Shown here one piece after another: positions 45,932-56,073 of a stretch of 64,000 nt of DNA. Position 1 is the stretch's first letter. Every line of letters begins with the position of its first letter. The translations under genes were made by a program, and so were the position numbers. The notes below the pieces were generated by a model that was not told the origin of the DNA, searched no databases, and saw nothing but the letters and a program-made list of their open reading frames with translations. Origin of the DNA: Clostridiales bacterium (lineage in GTDB: Bacteria > Bacillota > Clostridia > Christensenellales > Aristaeellaceae); assembly GCA_004554085.1 (NCBI GenBank), contig SFNY01000009.1, forward strand, positions 14,060-78,059, in the 5' to 3' direction.

Positions 45932-48260
45932 TCATCTGCACTGGGTGCATACGCCGATGCCGGCGGAATACTCATTGGTGGAAGCGCCGTAGAAGTAGCC
46001 CTGCACGGCGTCCATGTCGGAGGCATAGCGCAGGGGATGCCCCTCCGGAATGTAGATGATGCCCACGACCATGGTGTTGCGGCAGTCGTCCGAGGCGACC
46101 ATGCCGCTCTTGCGGCAGACCGTCACCGCGCGGTGCATGTTGCAGTAGGGCGGTGGGCAGCATGCCGGACACGCCGCACACCGTCTCCACGAACAGGCCG
46201 TAGTCGGCGGCGGAGCCGGACAGTATGGCGCGGTCCACGGTGCAGCCGGTGAGAGAATGCACCTGCTGCATCATTGCGGCCCACAGCGGCGCGGCGGCGG
46301 TGGAGCCGGTGGCGCTGGACTCCAGCGGCTTGTAGTAGTCCGAACCGATCCAGATCGCCCCGGCGTAGTAGCCGGTCATGCCGGCGAAGGTGACGCCGAT
46401 GTTGTTGGAGTTGGTGCCGGTCTTGCCCGCGACGGTGATATCGGAGAACCTCGCGCGGGAGCCGGTGCCCTCCTCGGACACGCAGCCGATCAGGCAGTCC
46501 ACCAGCTGGTAGGCGGTGGAGGGCTTGAACACCTGGCGGGTCTGCTGCACCTCGGTCACATCGATGTACACCGTGCCGTCGGGGTTGAGCACCTGCGTGA
46601 AGGCGTAGGACTCCAGATAGGTGCCGTTGTTGGCGACCGCGCCGTAGGCGGTGGCCAGCTCGATCATCGATACGCCCGAGGAGCCCAGCGCGAGGCCCGC
46701 GCCGGTGGCCAGGATGTGGTCGGGATCAATGCCCAGCTTCAGCAGGTAGGTGACGGAGTTCTGTATGCCCACATAGTCCATCAGCGCGTGGGCGGTGGAA
46801 GTGTTGTGGGATTTGTTGATGGCCACGCGCATGGATTCCACGCCGGTGAAGGAGTCGCCGGTGAAGTTGTTGGGATAGCCGTTTTCGCTGTTCCAGCCCT
46901 CGATTTCAATGGGCAGGTTCAGCACCGGCGTACCCGGCGAATAGCCCAGATCGAAGGCCGGGCCGTAGACAGACAGCGGCTTGAGCGAGGAACCCACCGG
47001 CATCTCCAGCTGGTAGGCGCGGTTGAGCTGCTTCTTCTGCACGGGCTCGCTGCGCCCGCCCACCACGGCGACCAGCTCGCCGGTGTGCCAGTTGATCACC
47101 GCCGCAGCGGCCTGGGGCTGCACAACGGTCAGGTACTCGCCGCCGCCCAGCGAGGACTGGGTGGAGGAGTCGTTGGCGTAGCGCATCGCCGGATACTGGG
47201 TCCAGTTGGTGATGGTGTCCTGCACGGCGGACTGCACCTCGGGATCCAGGGAGGTGTAGATGATGTAGCCGCCATTGCGCAGCTTGGTCTCCATGCTGCT
47301 GCGGTTGGAGGAGGTGTCCTCCAGACCCTCGACGCGCAGCATCTTGGTCACCACGTCGTAGATGGAGTATTCCACGTAGTAGGCGTTGTCGTACATCGCG
47401 TCGGAGGAGGCGGTGGAGGTCTGAAGCACGTGGAGCGGCTCCGCCTTGGCGGCGCTGCACTCCTCCTCGCTGATCAGGCCCTGATCCAGCATCTCCTCGA
47501 GCACGTAGTTGGTGCGCTTGTCGATCAGCTCGGAGCTCTCGTAGACGTAGTAGTTTCTGCGGGGGTTGTAGCGGTAGGGGTTGCGGATGATGGCCGCGAT
47601 GCAGGCGCACTCGCGCAGGGTCAGCTCGCTGAGATCCTTGCCGAAGTAGTCCTGGGCCGCGATCTTCACGCCGTAGTTTGCACCGCCCAGGTAGATCACG
47701 TTCAGATAGGCCTCCAGGATCTCCTCCTTCGACAGCTGTTCCTCCACCTGAAGCGCCAGATAGGCCTCCTGCACCTTGCGCTTGTAGTTCTGGTCGGAAT
47801 TGAGCAGCGTCAGCTTGACCAGCTGACAGGTGATGGTGGACGCGCCCTGCAGGCTGCCGCCCATGACGTTGTTCAGCATTGCGCCGGCCATGCGCTTGAT
47901 GTCCACGCCGTTGTGCTCCCGGAAGCGCGCGTCCTCGATGGCGATGACCGCGTTGATGAGCTGCTCGGGAATCTCCTCATAGTCCACATAGATGCGGTTC
48001 TCGGAGCCCTTGAACTCGGTGACCAGGTTGCCGTTCTTGTCGTAGATGAAGGAGGTGAGGGACTGCGCGCCGATCTTTTCGATGTCCAGCTCCGGGCAGG
48101 TGTCCACCCAGGCCTTCGCCACGCCGCTCACCAGGCCTGCTGCGGCCAGCGAGATCAGCAGCACGGCGAACACCAGCATCTTCGCCGTCATCAGAAACAC
48201 CGAAATCAGGAAATTCCGGTCGGATTCCCGGGGCTTGAAAAGTGCATATTTGAAACTCAT
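45932..48260 (-). CDS. Class A penicillin-binding protein (glycosyltransferase + transpeptidase), reading frame broken near the C-terminus
   Basis: ORF 45972..48260 has the GT51 motifs ('AIEDARF', 'GASTITCQL') and TP motifs ('SSLKP', 'KTGT'). The Cys-rich tail continues in ORF 45932..46138. The frame change lies in a C-run at about 46154..46158. Confidence 0.8.
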
Positions 48261-48296
48261 ATGTCCTCCGAGTGTATTTCATGGTATAGCAATGTT

Positions 48297-48305
48297 ATTA
48301 TAGCA
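48297..48305 (-). promoter_or_regulatory. Extended -10 element (TGCTATAAT) upstream of the PBP gene
   Basis: The minus strand reads TGTGCTATAATAAC, 37 nt upstream of the PBP ATG. Confidence 0.4.
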
Positions 48306-48450
48306 CAGAAATTGGATGCGTGCAGTGCATTTTGTTGGCATTTTGATGACCTGGACGATTTTTTGCAGTTAAAAACTTCCTCCGGCAGGATGGACGGCCC
48401 TGTGGATGCGCAAAATGACGGGAGAGGAAGCGGAGCGTCTTTGCAATTCG

Positions 48451-49508
48451 TGTAGGTTTGTCAATGATCTTGGAGAGAAAAAGAAGATAAGAAATCTCTG
48501 GGAGAGAACCAAGCAAGAGGACGCATGGGGCGGGAGTTACTGCGACTTTGGTGGGCAGCTAGCTGCCCACCGAAGTCGACGAGGGACCAGAAGCGATGAG
48601 ATGCATAGAAAGGTTTCTGGTCTTCCCGATGGCTGCGCTCGACCTTGCCGTTGTGACGCGGGGTGTAGGGACGAATGAGCTTGTGACGAATGCCAAGCTC
48701 GGCGGCGGTGGATTCAAATAGCGTCGGGATGTCGCGTTTGGAATTGGAGAAACGGTTGGTAAACTCAAATCCGTTGTCCGTCTGAATACATTCCACGATC
48801 ACGCCTTTTCTGCGAAAGGCTTCAACAACGCGCCGCAGGAAATGTGCAGAAGAATAGGTACTCTGTTCGGGGTAAGCTCCCAGAATGCGGTATCGGGAGT
48901 ATTGATCGATCGCCGTATATTGATAGAGCTTCAGTTCCGGATCTGCGATGCAGGATCTGGGCACGACCTTTACGTCAATCTGGACGCGCTGGCCGGGGTA
49001 CTGCATCTGTTCATATGGCTTAGGCGTGTATTTTTTTCGGGGTTTTTCCTTCTCCGCCAGTCCTTCGCGTCTGAGAACACGCCATAGACTTTCGAGGCAG
49101 CGGCTGTATCCCCGCTTGCGCAGTCGGCTCCAGAGTTCCACGATGCCGAGCTTGGGATTGCGCCGGTGCATGTCCCGGATGAGCTTCAGCTCAGCTTCGG
49201 TATGCTGGTTCGGATGGCTGTGGGGTCGCCGTGACCTGCATGCCAGCGATTCTATGCTGCCGTCATATCTTGCCTTCCAGAAGTAGATGTAGGATGCCCC
49301 TTTGTTATACTTCCGGCTGGCTCGGGTCACACCATATTTTTCCGCATATTTCATCAGGGAGTAGCGAAATTTCATATCTTGTGTTATACTGTTCATGAGA
49401 TTTGAGCTTCCTTTCCGTTAGTTTTGTGTCGTAACTCTACTATATCAGATTGGTTCTCAAATCTCATCCTTTTTGGGCTTCTTTTTCCAAGATGTATTGT
49501 AGCTCCAC
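48451..49508 (-). mobile_element. IS481-family insertion sequence
   Basis: Lower-GC block. Imperfect terminal inverted repeats TGTAGGTTTGTCAATGATCTTGGAGAGAAAAAGAAG (left) versus the reverse complement of CTTCTTTTTCCAAGATGTATTGTAGCTCCACA (right), with TGT..ACA termini. Carries a single DDE transposase gene. Confidence 0.75.
48461..49396 (-). CDS. IS481-family DDE transposase (rve integrase core)
   Basis: 311 aa. N-terminal HTH, 'RVQIDVKVVP', 'IQTDNGFEF', 'RPYTPRHNGKVER'. The stop codon lies inside the left inverted repeat. Confidence 0.85.
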   Translation of the reverse strand: MNSITQDMKFRYSLMKYAEKYGVTRASRKYNKGASYIYFWKARYDGSIESLACRSRRPHSHPNQHTEAELKLIRDMHRRNPKLGIVELWSRLRKRGYSRCLESLWRVLRREGLAEKEKPRKKYTPKPYEQMQYPGQRVQIDVKVVPRSCIADPELKLYQYTAIDQYSRYRILGAYPEQSTYSSAHFLRRVVEAFRRKGVIVECIQTDNGFEFTNRFSNSKRDIPTLFESTAAELGIRHKLIRPYTPRHNGKVERSHREDQKPFYASHRFWSLVDFGGQLAAHQSRSNSRPMRPLAWFSPRDFLSSFSLQDH

Positions 49509-49540
49509 AGGAGCTGGAGCGACGCCCTCGTTCACAAATC

Positions 49541-49569
49541 TTGACAGGATTCTGCGCATATACTATAAT
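49541..49569 (+). promoter_or_regulatory. Consensus sigma-A promoter upstream of glmS
   Basis: TTGACA (49541..49546), 17-nt spacer, TATAAT (49564..49569). Located 33 nt beyond the right IS end. Confidence 0.6.
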
Positions 49570-49691
49570 ATCCTTGGAGTAGCATAGGCTTATTCCGAAT
49601 GAATTCTGGAATCGGACTTCGATGGGGAATCCATGCGCCTGCAGCCTGTCAGGGGTGCGGCGCAGATTTCCGAAGATGGAGGTTGGTACAT

Positions 49692-51530
49692 ATGTGCGGA
49701 ATTGTTGGATACATTGGAAACGAGCTGGCAGCGCCGATCCTGCTGGACGGCCTGTCCAAGCTGGAGTACCGCGGCTATGATTCCGCGGGCCTCGCGGTGC
49801 GCGACGGCGACAGGCCTGTCGAGATCGTGAAGGCGAAGGGCCGCCTGAAGGAGCTGAAGGAAAAGACCGACGGCGGAAGGGCGCTCAAGGGCAGCTGCGG
49901 CATCGGCCACACCCGCTGGGCGACCCACGGCGAGCCGTCCACAGAGAACGCTCATCCCCACCACAGCGACGACAACACCGTGGTGCTGGTGCACAACGGC
50001 ATCATTGAAAACTATCAGTTTCTGCGGGATAAGCTGGTGAAGAACGGCTACACCTTCTACAGCCAGACGGATACCGAGGTCGCCACCAAGCTGATCGACT
50101 ACTACTACAAGAAGTACAAGGGAGGCCCGGTGGAGGCCATCGCCCGCAGCATGATGCGCATTCGCGGCTCCTACGCGCTGGCGATCATGTTCAAGGACTA
50201 CCCGGGCGAGATCTTTGCCACCCGCCGCGACAGCCCGATGATCATCGGCGTGGAGGGGGACGCGGCCTATCTGGCCTCGGACGTTCCGGCGATCCTGAAG
50301 TACACCCGCAGCGTCTACTACATCGACAACATGGAGATCGCCCGGCTGGGCAAGGGCACGGTGCGCTTCTGCACCGTGGACCAGGAGCCCATCGACAAGC
50401 AGCCCGTGCAGATTACCTGGGATGCGGAGTCCGCCGAAAAGGCCGGCTTCGAGCACTTCATGATGAAGGAGATCCATGAGCAGCCCCGGGTTGTGACGGA
50501 CACCATCAATTCCATCGTGCGCGACGGGCGCGTGGATCTGAGCGAGGCGGGTGTCACCGAGGAGATGCTGCGCAGCTTCAGCCAGGTGCACATCGTGGCC
50601 TGCGGATCGGCCTACCACGTGGGCGTGGTCACGCAGTACGTAATGGAGGATCTGGCGCGGATCCCGGTGCGGGTGGACATCGCCTCGGAGTTCCGCTATC
50701 GCAAGCCGCTGCTCACGCCCGATTCCCTGGTGATCATCATCAGCCAGAGCGGCGAGACCGCCGACAGTCTGGCTGCGCTTCGCGAGGCGAAGAGCCAGGG
50801 TGTGCAGACCCTCGCCATCGTCAACGTCGTGGGCTCCTCCATCGCCCGCGAGGCCGATCATGTGATCTACACCTACGCCGGCCCGGAGATTGCCGTGGCC
50901 ACCACCAAGGCATACAGCACCCAGCTGATCGTGGGCTACCTGGTTTCCATTGCAATGGCGGAGGCGCGGGGCATGATCGATGCGGCCGAGCATGACCGCC
51001 TGCTGACGGAGCTGCACGCCATCCCGGAGAAGATCGAGCGCGTGATCGAGGACAAGGAGCGCATTCAGTGGTTCGCGGCCAAGTTCTCCAACGCCCGGGA
51101 GGCCTTCTTCATCGGTCGCGGCATCGACTATGCCATCAGCCTGGAGGGCAGCCTGAAGATGAAGGAGATCAGCTACGTGCACTCCGAGGCCTACGCCGCC
51201 GGCGAGCTCAAGCACGGCACGATCAGCCTCATCGAAGATGGCACGCTGGTGATCGGCATCCTCACCCAGGAGGCGCTCTACGAGAAGATGATCAGCAACA
51301 TGGCCGAGTGCAAGAGCCGCGGCGCGTACCTGATGGGCATCACCAACTACGGCAACTACAACACCGAGGACACGGCGGACTTCACCGTGTACATCCCCAA
51401 GACGGATCCCCACTTCACCGCCAGCCTCGCGGTCATTCCGCTGCAGCTGCTCGGCTACTACCTGAGCATCACCAAGGGCCTGGATGTGGATAAGCCCCGC
51501 AACCTGGCCAAGAGCGTGACGGTGGAATAA
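49692..51530 (+). CDS. glmS: Glutamine--fructose-6-phosphate aminotransferase
   Basis: ATG at 49692 with GGAGG RBS inside ORF 49599..51530. 'MCGIVGY' Ntn nucleophile, two SIS domains, C-terminal 'KSVTVE'. Confidence 0.95.
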   Translation: MCGIVGYIGNELAAPILLDGLSKLEYRGYDSAGLAVRDGDRPVEIVKAKGRLKELKEKTDGGRALKGSCGIGHTRWATHGEPSTENAHPHHSDDNTVVLVHNGIIENYQFLRDKLVKNGYTFYSQTDTEVATKLIDYYYKKYKGGPVEAIARSMMRIRGSYALAIMFKDYPGEIFATRRDSPMIIGVEGDAAYLASDVPAILKYTRSVYYIDNMEIARLGKGTVRFCTVDQEPIDKQPVQITWDAESAEKAGFEHFMMKEIHEQPRVVTDTINSIVRDGRVDLSEAGVTEEMLRSFSQVHIVACGSAYHVGVVTQYVMEDLARIPVRVDIASEFRYRKPLLTPDSLVIIISQSGETADSLAALREAKSQGVQTLAIVNVVGSSIAREADHVIYTYAGPEIAVATTKAYSTQLIVGYLVSIAMAEARGMIDAAEHDRLLTELHAIPEKIERVIEDKERIQWFAAKFSNAREAFFIGRGIDYAISLEGSLKMKEISYVHSEAYAAGELKHGTISLIEDGTLVIGILTQEALYEKMISNMAECKSRGAYLMGITNYGNYNTEDTADFTVYIPKTDPHFTASLAVIPLQLLGYYLSITKGLDVDKPRNLAKSVTVE

Positions 51531-51600
51531 TCCGGCGAAATGACGTGGAGCTGCTCAATGCGACAAGTAGGGCGGGGTGCCTGCACCCCGCCGCATAGCG

Positions 51601-51651
51601 AAAAAGAAGCTGTCTCAAGACGCGGAGAACGTTTTGAAACAGCTTCTTTTC
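51601..51651. terminator. Bidirectional terminator between glmS and bcp
   Basis: AAAGAAGCTGT..ACAGCTTCTTT stem flanked by an A-run and a T-run. A GC hairpin at 51571..51592 precedes it. Confidence 0.7.
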
Positions 51652-51661
51652 GTATGTCCAC

Positions 51662-52120
51662 TTAGCCCCGCAGGTACTCCAGAATCTCGGCGGCGTTGGT
51701 GTCGGGCTTGACCTTGGGCATCACCTTTTCGATGCGGCCGTCGGGGCCGATGACGTAGGTGCAGCGCACGGTGCCCATGCTCACCTTGCCGTAGTTCTTC
51801 TTCTCCTGCCACGCGCCGTAGGCTTCGATCACCGCGTGCTCCGGGTCGGAGAGCAGAATGAAGGGCAGATTGTACTTCTCGGCAAAGCGCTGGTGGGAGG
51901 CGACGGAGTCCTTGCTCACGCCGATGACCACCGCGTCGAGCTCGCGGAAGCCGTCGTATGCGGCCGCGAAGGCGCAGGCCTGGCGGGTGCAGCCGGGGGT
52001 GTTGTCCCGGGGGTAGAAGTAGAGCACGACCCGCTTTCCGGCGAAGTCGGACAGGCGCACGTCGTTGCCGTCCTTGTCCTGAAGGCTGAAGTCCGGGGCG
52101 ATGGAATTGATTTCAAGCAT
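51662..52120 (-). CDS. bcp: Thiol peroxidase / peroxiredoxin, Bcp type
   Basis: 152 aa. Contains 'FYPRDNTPGCTRQAC' with the peroxidatic Cys. Confidence 0.9.
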   Translation of the reverse strand: MLEINSIAPDFSLQDKDGNDVRLSDFAGKRVVLYFYPRDNTPGCTRQACAFAAAYDGFRELDAVVIGVSKDSVASHQRFAEKYNLPFILLSDPEHAVIEAYGAWQEKKNYGKVSMGTVRCTYVIGPDGRIEKVMPKVKPDTNAAEILEYLRG

Positions 52121-52210
52121 AGCTGATGACCTTCCTTTTGTGAGAATCTGTCTATATATCCACCAAAACGGGATTGCAGAAACGCTGACCCGAAGAAAAA
52201 GGCGGGGATT

Positions 52211-53089
52211 TTACAGATTGCTTTCCTTGCGGCTCACGTTTCTGCGCAGGGCGTTTCCGAGGTTGGTGATGCACAGCATGGTGACCACCAGGAATGCGCC
52301 GGGGGTGAGGATGATCCACCACGCACCGGAGCTGAGTGCCTTCTCGGACAGGGACAGCATGCTGCCCCAGCTGATGACCTCCAGCGGAAGTCCGATGCCC
52401 ATGAAGCTGAGCGTGGATTCCGCGACGATGGCGCTGCGCACGTTCATGATGACCATGAACATGATGGAGGAGAAGAAGTTCGGCGCAAGGTGCTTCCACA
52501 GGACGCGGAAGAAGCCCGCGCCCATGCAGCGCGCGGCGATCACGTGTTCGCTGTTGCGGATGCGCCGCACCTCCGTGCGCACGACCTTGGCGATGCTCGT
52601 CCAGCCCGTCACGCCGATGACCAGCGAGATGCTCAAGACGTTCGCCTTGCCCAGGATTGCCTGAATCAGCACCACCAGCAAGAGGCTCGGGATGCTCAGC
52701 ACGATCTCGGTAAAGCGCATCATCAGATCGTCCAGCCACTTCGGAGCCAGGCCGCTCACGGAGCCGAACACCACGGCGATGGCCGTGGAGATCAGCGTGG
52801 CCAGAAAGCCGATGCACAGCGAGATGCGCCCGCCGTACCAGATCATCGAAAACACGTCCCGGCCCATGGTGTCGGTACCGAACCAGAACTCGGAATTGGG
52901 GGCCTGGGTGTAGTGGAACAGATCCATGTAACTGGGATCCTTCGGGATGAACAGCTCGCAGCACAGGCAGCCCAGCACGATTACGGCCAGCAGGATCAGC
53001 GACGGCAGCGGCAGCTTGCGGCGCTTCCTGCGCTCAATCTGGGCTGCGGGGGCGCTGCGGACGCCCACCATGGCAAACCTATCTTCCAA
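52211..53089 (-). CDS. Peptide/nickel-type ABC transporter permease (OppC/DppC-like)
   Basis: 292 aa with BPD-transporter fold. Overlaps the upstream permease gene by 11 nt. Confidence 0.85.
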   Translation of the reverse strand: MEDRFAMVGVRSAPAAQIERRKRRKLPLPSLILLAVIVLGCLCCELFIPKDPSYMDLFHYTQAPNSEFWFGTDTMGRDVFSMIWYGGRISLCIGFLATLISTAIAVVFGSVSGLAPKWLDDLMMRFTEIVLSIPSLLLVVLIQAILGKANVLSISLVIGVTGWTSIAKVVRTEVRRIRNSEHVIAARCMGAGFFRVLWKHLAPNFFSSIMFMVIMNVRSAIVAESTLSFMGIGLPLEVISWGSMLSLSEKALSSGAWWIILTPGAFLVVTMLCITNLGNALRRNVSRKESNL

Positions 53090-54092
53090 CTTCCGTCACC
53101 TCCGAGGTCTCCACGAGCTCATTCTCCTTCATGCGCGGGTCGATGCGCTCGTTGATGATCTGCGCCGCCAGGTTGAACAGGATCACGATGGCTCCCGAGA
53201 GGATGCACAGCACCATCAGCAGGTTGTAGTCCTGATAGCGGGCGCTCTCGTAGGACAGCGTGCCGATGCCGGGGTAGGAGAACACCGTTTCGATGATGTA
53301 GGTGCCGCCGAGGATGTGGGGCACGGAGATGGCCATGATGCTCAGGTAGGACGGGATGATGTTGCGCAGGCAGTGCCTGAACATCACCTGACGCCTGTTC
53401 AGTCCCTTGGACTTGGCCAGCAGCACGTACTCCGCGCGGATCTCCTCCAGCAGCTTGTTGCGGATCATGTAGGCGTAGTACCACAGGTGGTTGAGCACCG
53501 CCACCGTCAGCGGCAGGATCAGGTGCAGGATGCGGTCGCCAATGTCGCCCGCATTGCCCACTGAATACGCGCCGCTGCTGGGCAACCAGCGCAGGTTGAC
53601 TGCAAACACCAGGATCAGCACCAGCGACAGCCAGAATTCCGGGATGCAGCTGACAACGGTGCCGACCTTGCACAGAATCCGGTCGGGCCAGCGGTCCTCG
53701 AACCAGGCGCAGAGGATGCCCAGTCCCAGTGCAAGCGAGAAGATCAGTATGAAGCCGACACCGCCCAGGATCAGCGTGTTCACCGCGCGGCCGCCGATCA
53801 CCTCCAGCACGTCAGTCTTGTACTTGTAGGAGATACCGAAGTCGCCGCGCAGCGCACCCTGAAGCCAGCGCACATACTGCACGTGGATGGGCTGGTTCAG
53901 GCCCAGCTTCTCCTCGGCCCAGGCACGCTCCTCGGGCTTCATCTTTTCCACCCGGTCGCCGTAGTAGGAGACGAGGGGGTCGCCGGGAGCGAGGCGGGCG
54001 ATGTAGAAGGTGATCACGGAGAGCAGCAGTACGCTGAGCAGGAAGACCAGCAGCTTCTGCCCGTAGTAGAGCCAGGGATTCTTGCGCATCAT
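53079..54092 (-). CDS. Peptide/nickel-type ABC transporter permease (OppB/DppB-like)
   Basis: 337 aa. 'GDFGISY' and the EAA-loop region are typical of OppB/DppB. Confidence 0.85.
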   Translation of the reverse strand: MMRKNPWLYYGQKLLVFLLSVLLLSVITFYIARLAPGDPLVSYYGDRVEKMKPEERAWAEEKLGLNQPIHVQYVRWLQGALRGDFGISYKYKTDVLEVIGGRAVNTLILGGVGFILIFSLALGLGILCAWFEDRWPDRILCKVGTVVSCIPEFWLSLVLILVFAVNLRWLPSSGAYSVGNAGDIGDRILHLILPLTVAVLNHLWYYAYMIRNKLLEEIRAEYVLLAKSKGLNRRQVMFRHCLRNIIPSYLSIMAISVPHILGGTYIIETVFSYPGIGTLSYESARYQDYNLLMVLCILSGAIVILFNLAAQIINERIDPRMKENELVETSEVTEVGR

Positions 54093-54997
54093 GCGCCGCC
54101 TCCCCTCTGAAAGACGTAGTGGTCGGGCGCGACCTCGACGAGCGTTCCCTCCCGGTCGAACTGCGCCGGATCGAAGCTGTGCAGCGTCCGGGCGCGCTCC
54201 CTGCGGGGATCGGGAATGGGAATCGCCGAGAGCAGCGAGCGGGTGTAGGGGTGGCGCGGATCATCGAACAGCGCCTGCGTGGGGGCCAGCTCCACCAGCT
54301 TTCCGCGGTACATCACGCCCACGCGGTCGCAGAGGTAGCGCACCACCGCCAGATCGTGTGCGATGAACAGGAAGGAGAAGCCGTGCTCGTCCTGCAGGTG
54401 CTTGAACAGGTTGATGATCTGCGCCTGGATGGACACGTCCAGCGACGCGATGGGCTCGTCCGCCACCAGCAGCTCCGGCTCCATGGACAGCGCCCGTGCG
54501 ATGGCCACGCGCTGGCGCATACCGCCGGACAGCTCCGGGGGATACTTGTCCAGATACGTGGGGTCGAGGCCCACGTACTTCAGCTGGAACTCGGCCTCGG
54601 CGCGCAGGGTGCCGCGCTTTGGGCGGATGTGGTGGATGGCCATGGGCTCGGCGATGATGTCCGCCACGGTCATGTGCTGGTTCAGGCTCGAGGTGGAGTC
54701 CTGGAAGATCAGCTGCCGGGTGGTCTGGAGCATCTTCCGGTTTGCGCGGAACTGCTTCGGATCGCACACGTCCACGCCCTTGTAAAGAATCCTGCCCTCC
54801 GTGGGCTTCAGCACGTTCATGGCGCAGCGGGCCACCGTGGACTTTCCCGAGCCGGACTCGCCCACCAGGCCGAGGATCTCGCCCCGGCGGAGCTGGAAGC
54901 TCACGTCGTCCACCGCACGGATGGCGGCGCTGCGGGAGAGCTTGAAGCAGTGGGTCAGGTGCTGCACGTCCAATAGAATTTCAGCCATGGAAGCCAC
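54089..54997 (-). CDS. Peptide ABC transporter ATP-binding protein (OppF/DppF-like)
   Basis: 302 aa. 'GESGSGKST', 'LSGGMRQR', 'LLVADEP', and the C-terminal oligopeptide-ATPase extension. Confidence 0.9.
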   Translation of the reverse strand: MASMAEILLDVQHLTHCFKLSRSAAIRAVDDVSFQLRRGEILGLVGESGSGKSTVARCAMNVLKPTEGRILYKGVDVCDPKQFRANRKMLQTTRQLIFQDSTSSLNQHMTVADIIAEPMAIHHIRPKRGTLRAEAEFQLKYVGLDPTYLDKYPPELSGGMRQRVAIARALSMEPELLVADEPIASLDVSIQAQIINLFKHLQDEHGFSFLFIAHDLAVVRYLCDRVGVMYRGKLVELAPTQALFDDPRHPYTRSLLSAIPIPDPRRERARTLHSFDPAQFDREGTLVEVAPDHYVFQRGGGA

Positions 54998-55994
54998 CTC
55001 CCACGGGGGGCTCGACCTTCGGCGCGCGCTTATCCAGCAGCCAGGTCGCGGCGAAGTGGGTGGGGGAGAGCTGGAACATCGGCGGTTCCTCCTCGTAATC
55101 GATGGCCAGCGCGTACTCGTTGCGGCATGCGAAGGCGTCGCCCGCCGGGGGATCGATCAGCGACGGCGGCATGCCGGGGATGGTGTAGAGGGGTTCGCCC
55201 CGCTGGGCATAGGCCGGCAGCGAGCGCATCAGGCCCCAGGTGTAGGGGTGGCGCGGGTCGTAGAAGATTTCCTCGGTGGTGCCGATCTCCACGATGCGCC
55301 CGGCGTACATCACCGCCACGCGGTCGGCCACGCGGGCAACCACGCCCAGATCGTGGGAGACCAGCACCGTGGCCGTGTTAAGCTTCCTCTGTACGTCCCG
55401 CAAAAGATCCAGAATCTGCGCCTGAATGGTCACGTCCAGCGCCGTGGTGGGTTCGTCCGCGAACAGGATGCGGGGGTTGGAGGCCAGTGCGATGGCCAGC
55501 ACGCTGCGCTGGCGCATGCCGCCGGAAAAGTTGTAGGGGTACAGTCCATAGCGCTGCTCCGGCTGGTCGATGCCCACCAGCTCCATCAGCTCGATGACCC
55601 TCCGATGCACTTGATCGCGGCTGAGCCTGCGGTTGTGCGCCCGCACGGCCTCGGCGATCTGTTCACCGATGGCAATGGTGGGGTTCAGGCTGGTCATGGG
55701 ATCCTGAAACACCATGGAGAACAGCTTGCCCCGCAGGCGCTCCATGTCCCGGGGACGATAGTTCGTGATGTCCACGCCGTCCACTAGGATGCTGCCGCCC
55801 TTGATGCGCGCGTCCGTGCGCAAGAGCTTCATGATTGCCTTGCACAGCACGCTCTTGCCCGAGCCGGACTCGCCCACGACGGCCAGCACCTCGCCCTCGT
55901 GCAGGGTGAAGGACACGTCCCGCACGGCCTGCAATTCGCCCCGGGGCGTGTCAAAGCTGACGCTGAGATTTCTGACTTCCAACAATTCTGCCAT
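54981..55994 (-). CDS. Peptide ABC transporter ATP-binding protein (OppD/DppD-like)
   Basis: ATG at 55994 ('[12 protein letters not shown]') inside ORF 54981..56246. Motifs 'GESGSGKS', 'FSGGMRQR', 'ILFADEP'. Confidence 0.9.
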   Translation of the reverse strand: MAELLEVRNLSVSFDTPRGELQAVRDVSFTLHEGEVLAVVGESGSGKSVLCKAIMKLLRTDARIKGGSILVDGVDITNYRPRDMERLRGKLFSMVFQDPMTSLNPTIAIGEQIAEAVRAHNRRLSRDQVHRRVIELMELVGIDQPEQRYGLYPYNFSGGMRQRSVLAIALASNPRILFADEPTTALDVTIQAQILDLLRDVQRKLNTATVLVSHDLGVVARVADRVAVMYAGRIVEIGTTEEIFYDPRHPYTWGLMRSLPAYAQRGEPLYTIPGMPPSLIDPPAGDAFACRNEYALAIDYEEEPPMFQLSPTHFAATWLLDKRAPKVEPPVGGGFHG

Positions 55995-56073
55995 AGTGCT
56001 CCTCGATACAGGAAGGCCCGCGACCGTCTCCGATCGCGGGGATTCCGTGATTTCATGGTTCGGATGCGAAGAT

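Noticed and set aside
49571-49691. A possible glmS ribozyme, suggested by GCGCCTGCAGC and GATGGAGGTT strings shared with known ribozymes.
   Set aside because: The matches are short. One is the glmS Shine-Dalgarno region. The conserved catalytic-core strings are absent and the leader is too short. This is kept only as a question under findings.
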